Source: Octopus sinensis (lineage: Eukaryota). Taken from it: a stretch of DNA of 64,000 bases. The translations under genes and the position numbers were made by a program. The stretch spans positions 19,282,001 to 19,346,000 of the forward strand of contig NC_043013.1 of NCBI RefSeq assembly GCF_006345805.1, given 5' to 3'. The first letter of the stretch is position 1. Every line of letters begins with the position of its first letter. A model generated the notes under the pieces. The model was not told the DNA's origin, made no database searches, and was given only the letters and a program-made list of their open reading frames with translations. Shown piece after piece: positions 63,173 to 64,000 of the stretch.

Positions 63173-63965
63173 GATAAAGAAAAATATGCTGGGATTAACG
63201 TTTTAACACGGTGAATATATATCTATACATATATGCAATAAATATATGGACATTGTTGTCAAAATAGTAGTTGGGATCTTGCGATAGAGCTTCTCAAAGT
63301 GTCCGTGTGGTTTAAGAAATTGAAATATTCTGGAAACAATATAAATTATTTTTACAGATATCAAAATGAATAACCGCCGGATTCTCCATACTTTGAAATC
63401 AAAACCTTCATGCATTACGTACACCATCACCAGTGACAATAGTGATTATATAAGTATACATACCTAAATGGCTGTAAGCACGGTGTAATATATTTCTTCT
63501 AAAAGAAACGAAATGCAATAGAAGAAACAGAACGATCCAAACTAAGGGAAATAAATCATCAAATTTGTCGGGGGAATAAATGGAGGTCAATTAAATTACC
63601 ATTAAGCGATTTAATTCGTTTATCGTTTGTAAAGTTCCTTTCTCGTTCATCAGTATTGATGCTTTTATGAATTATAACCTCATTTCTATGATCAGTAGTT
63701 ACAGTCTTCTACAAAAGTGTGGCGATAAATATATCCCATATTTCATCTTGCGGCAATAAATATACAACCACTATCATCCAGGTTTCCTTCAGAAAATGAA
63801 AGTGACGTCTCGAAATATTAATGGACTTTGGAACGTTTTTGATCAACTCTAGATATGAAGGATGGATAAGGAGATTAAAATCATATCGCACACAGGTGTG
63901 TCTGTAATAATAAAACAAAAATAGTGAAAGACAGACAGACAGACAGGCAGATACACACACACACA

Positions 63966-63999
<34 letters not shown>

Positions 64000-64000
64000 A

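Overview
This is AT-rich animal genomic DNA. The SINE, Penelope and R4/Dong repeats and dense (TA)n/(CA)n/(TATG)n microsatellites resemble Octopus/coleoid cephalopod genomes; this is inference from recalled repeat families, not a database match. Bases 1-26100 are one minus-strand coding exon of at least 26.1 kb (at least ~8,700 codons) that runs off the left edge. It encodes an apparently Cys-free, Thr/Pro/Ser/Glu-rich mucin-like polypeptide built from blocks with different repeat periods. Nine single-base deletions break the frame and look like assembly errors. The exon starts at a phase-1 splice acceptor rather than an ATG, and a phase-compatible 50-nt exon lies just upstream (26484-26533). 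Bases 26.5-64 kb are intronic or intergenic. They hold a 5'-truncated RTE LINE nested in a SINE, decayed R4/Dong and Penelope-like elements, several SINE families, hAT- and mariner-type MITEs, long hairpins, a 575-bp local duplication flanked by 61-bp direct repeats, about six minimal hammerhead-ribozyme-like motifs with variant cores, and a 100-N gap. Almost all other ORFs in the track are antisense shadows or microsatellite translations.
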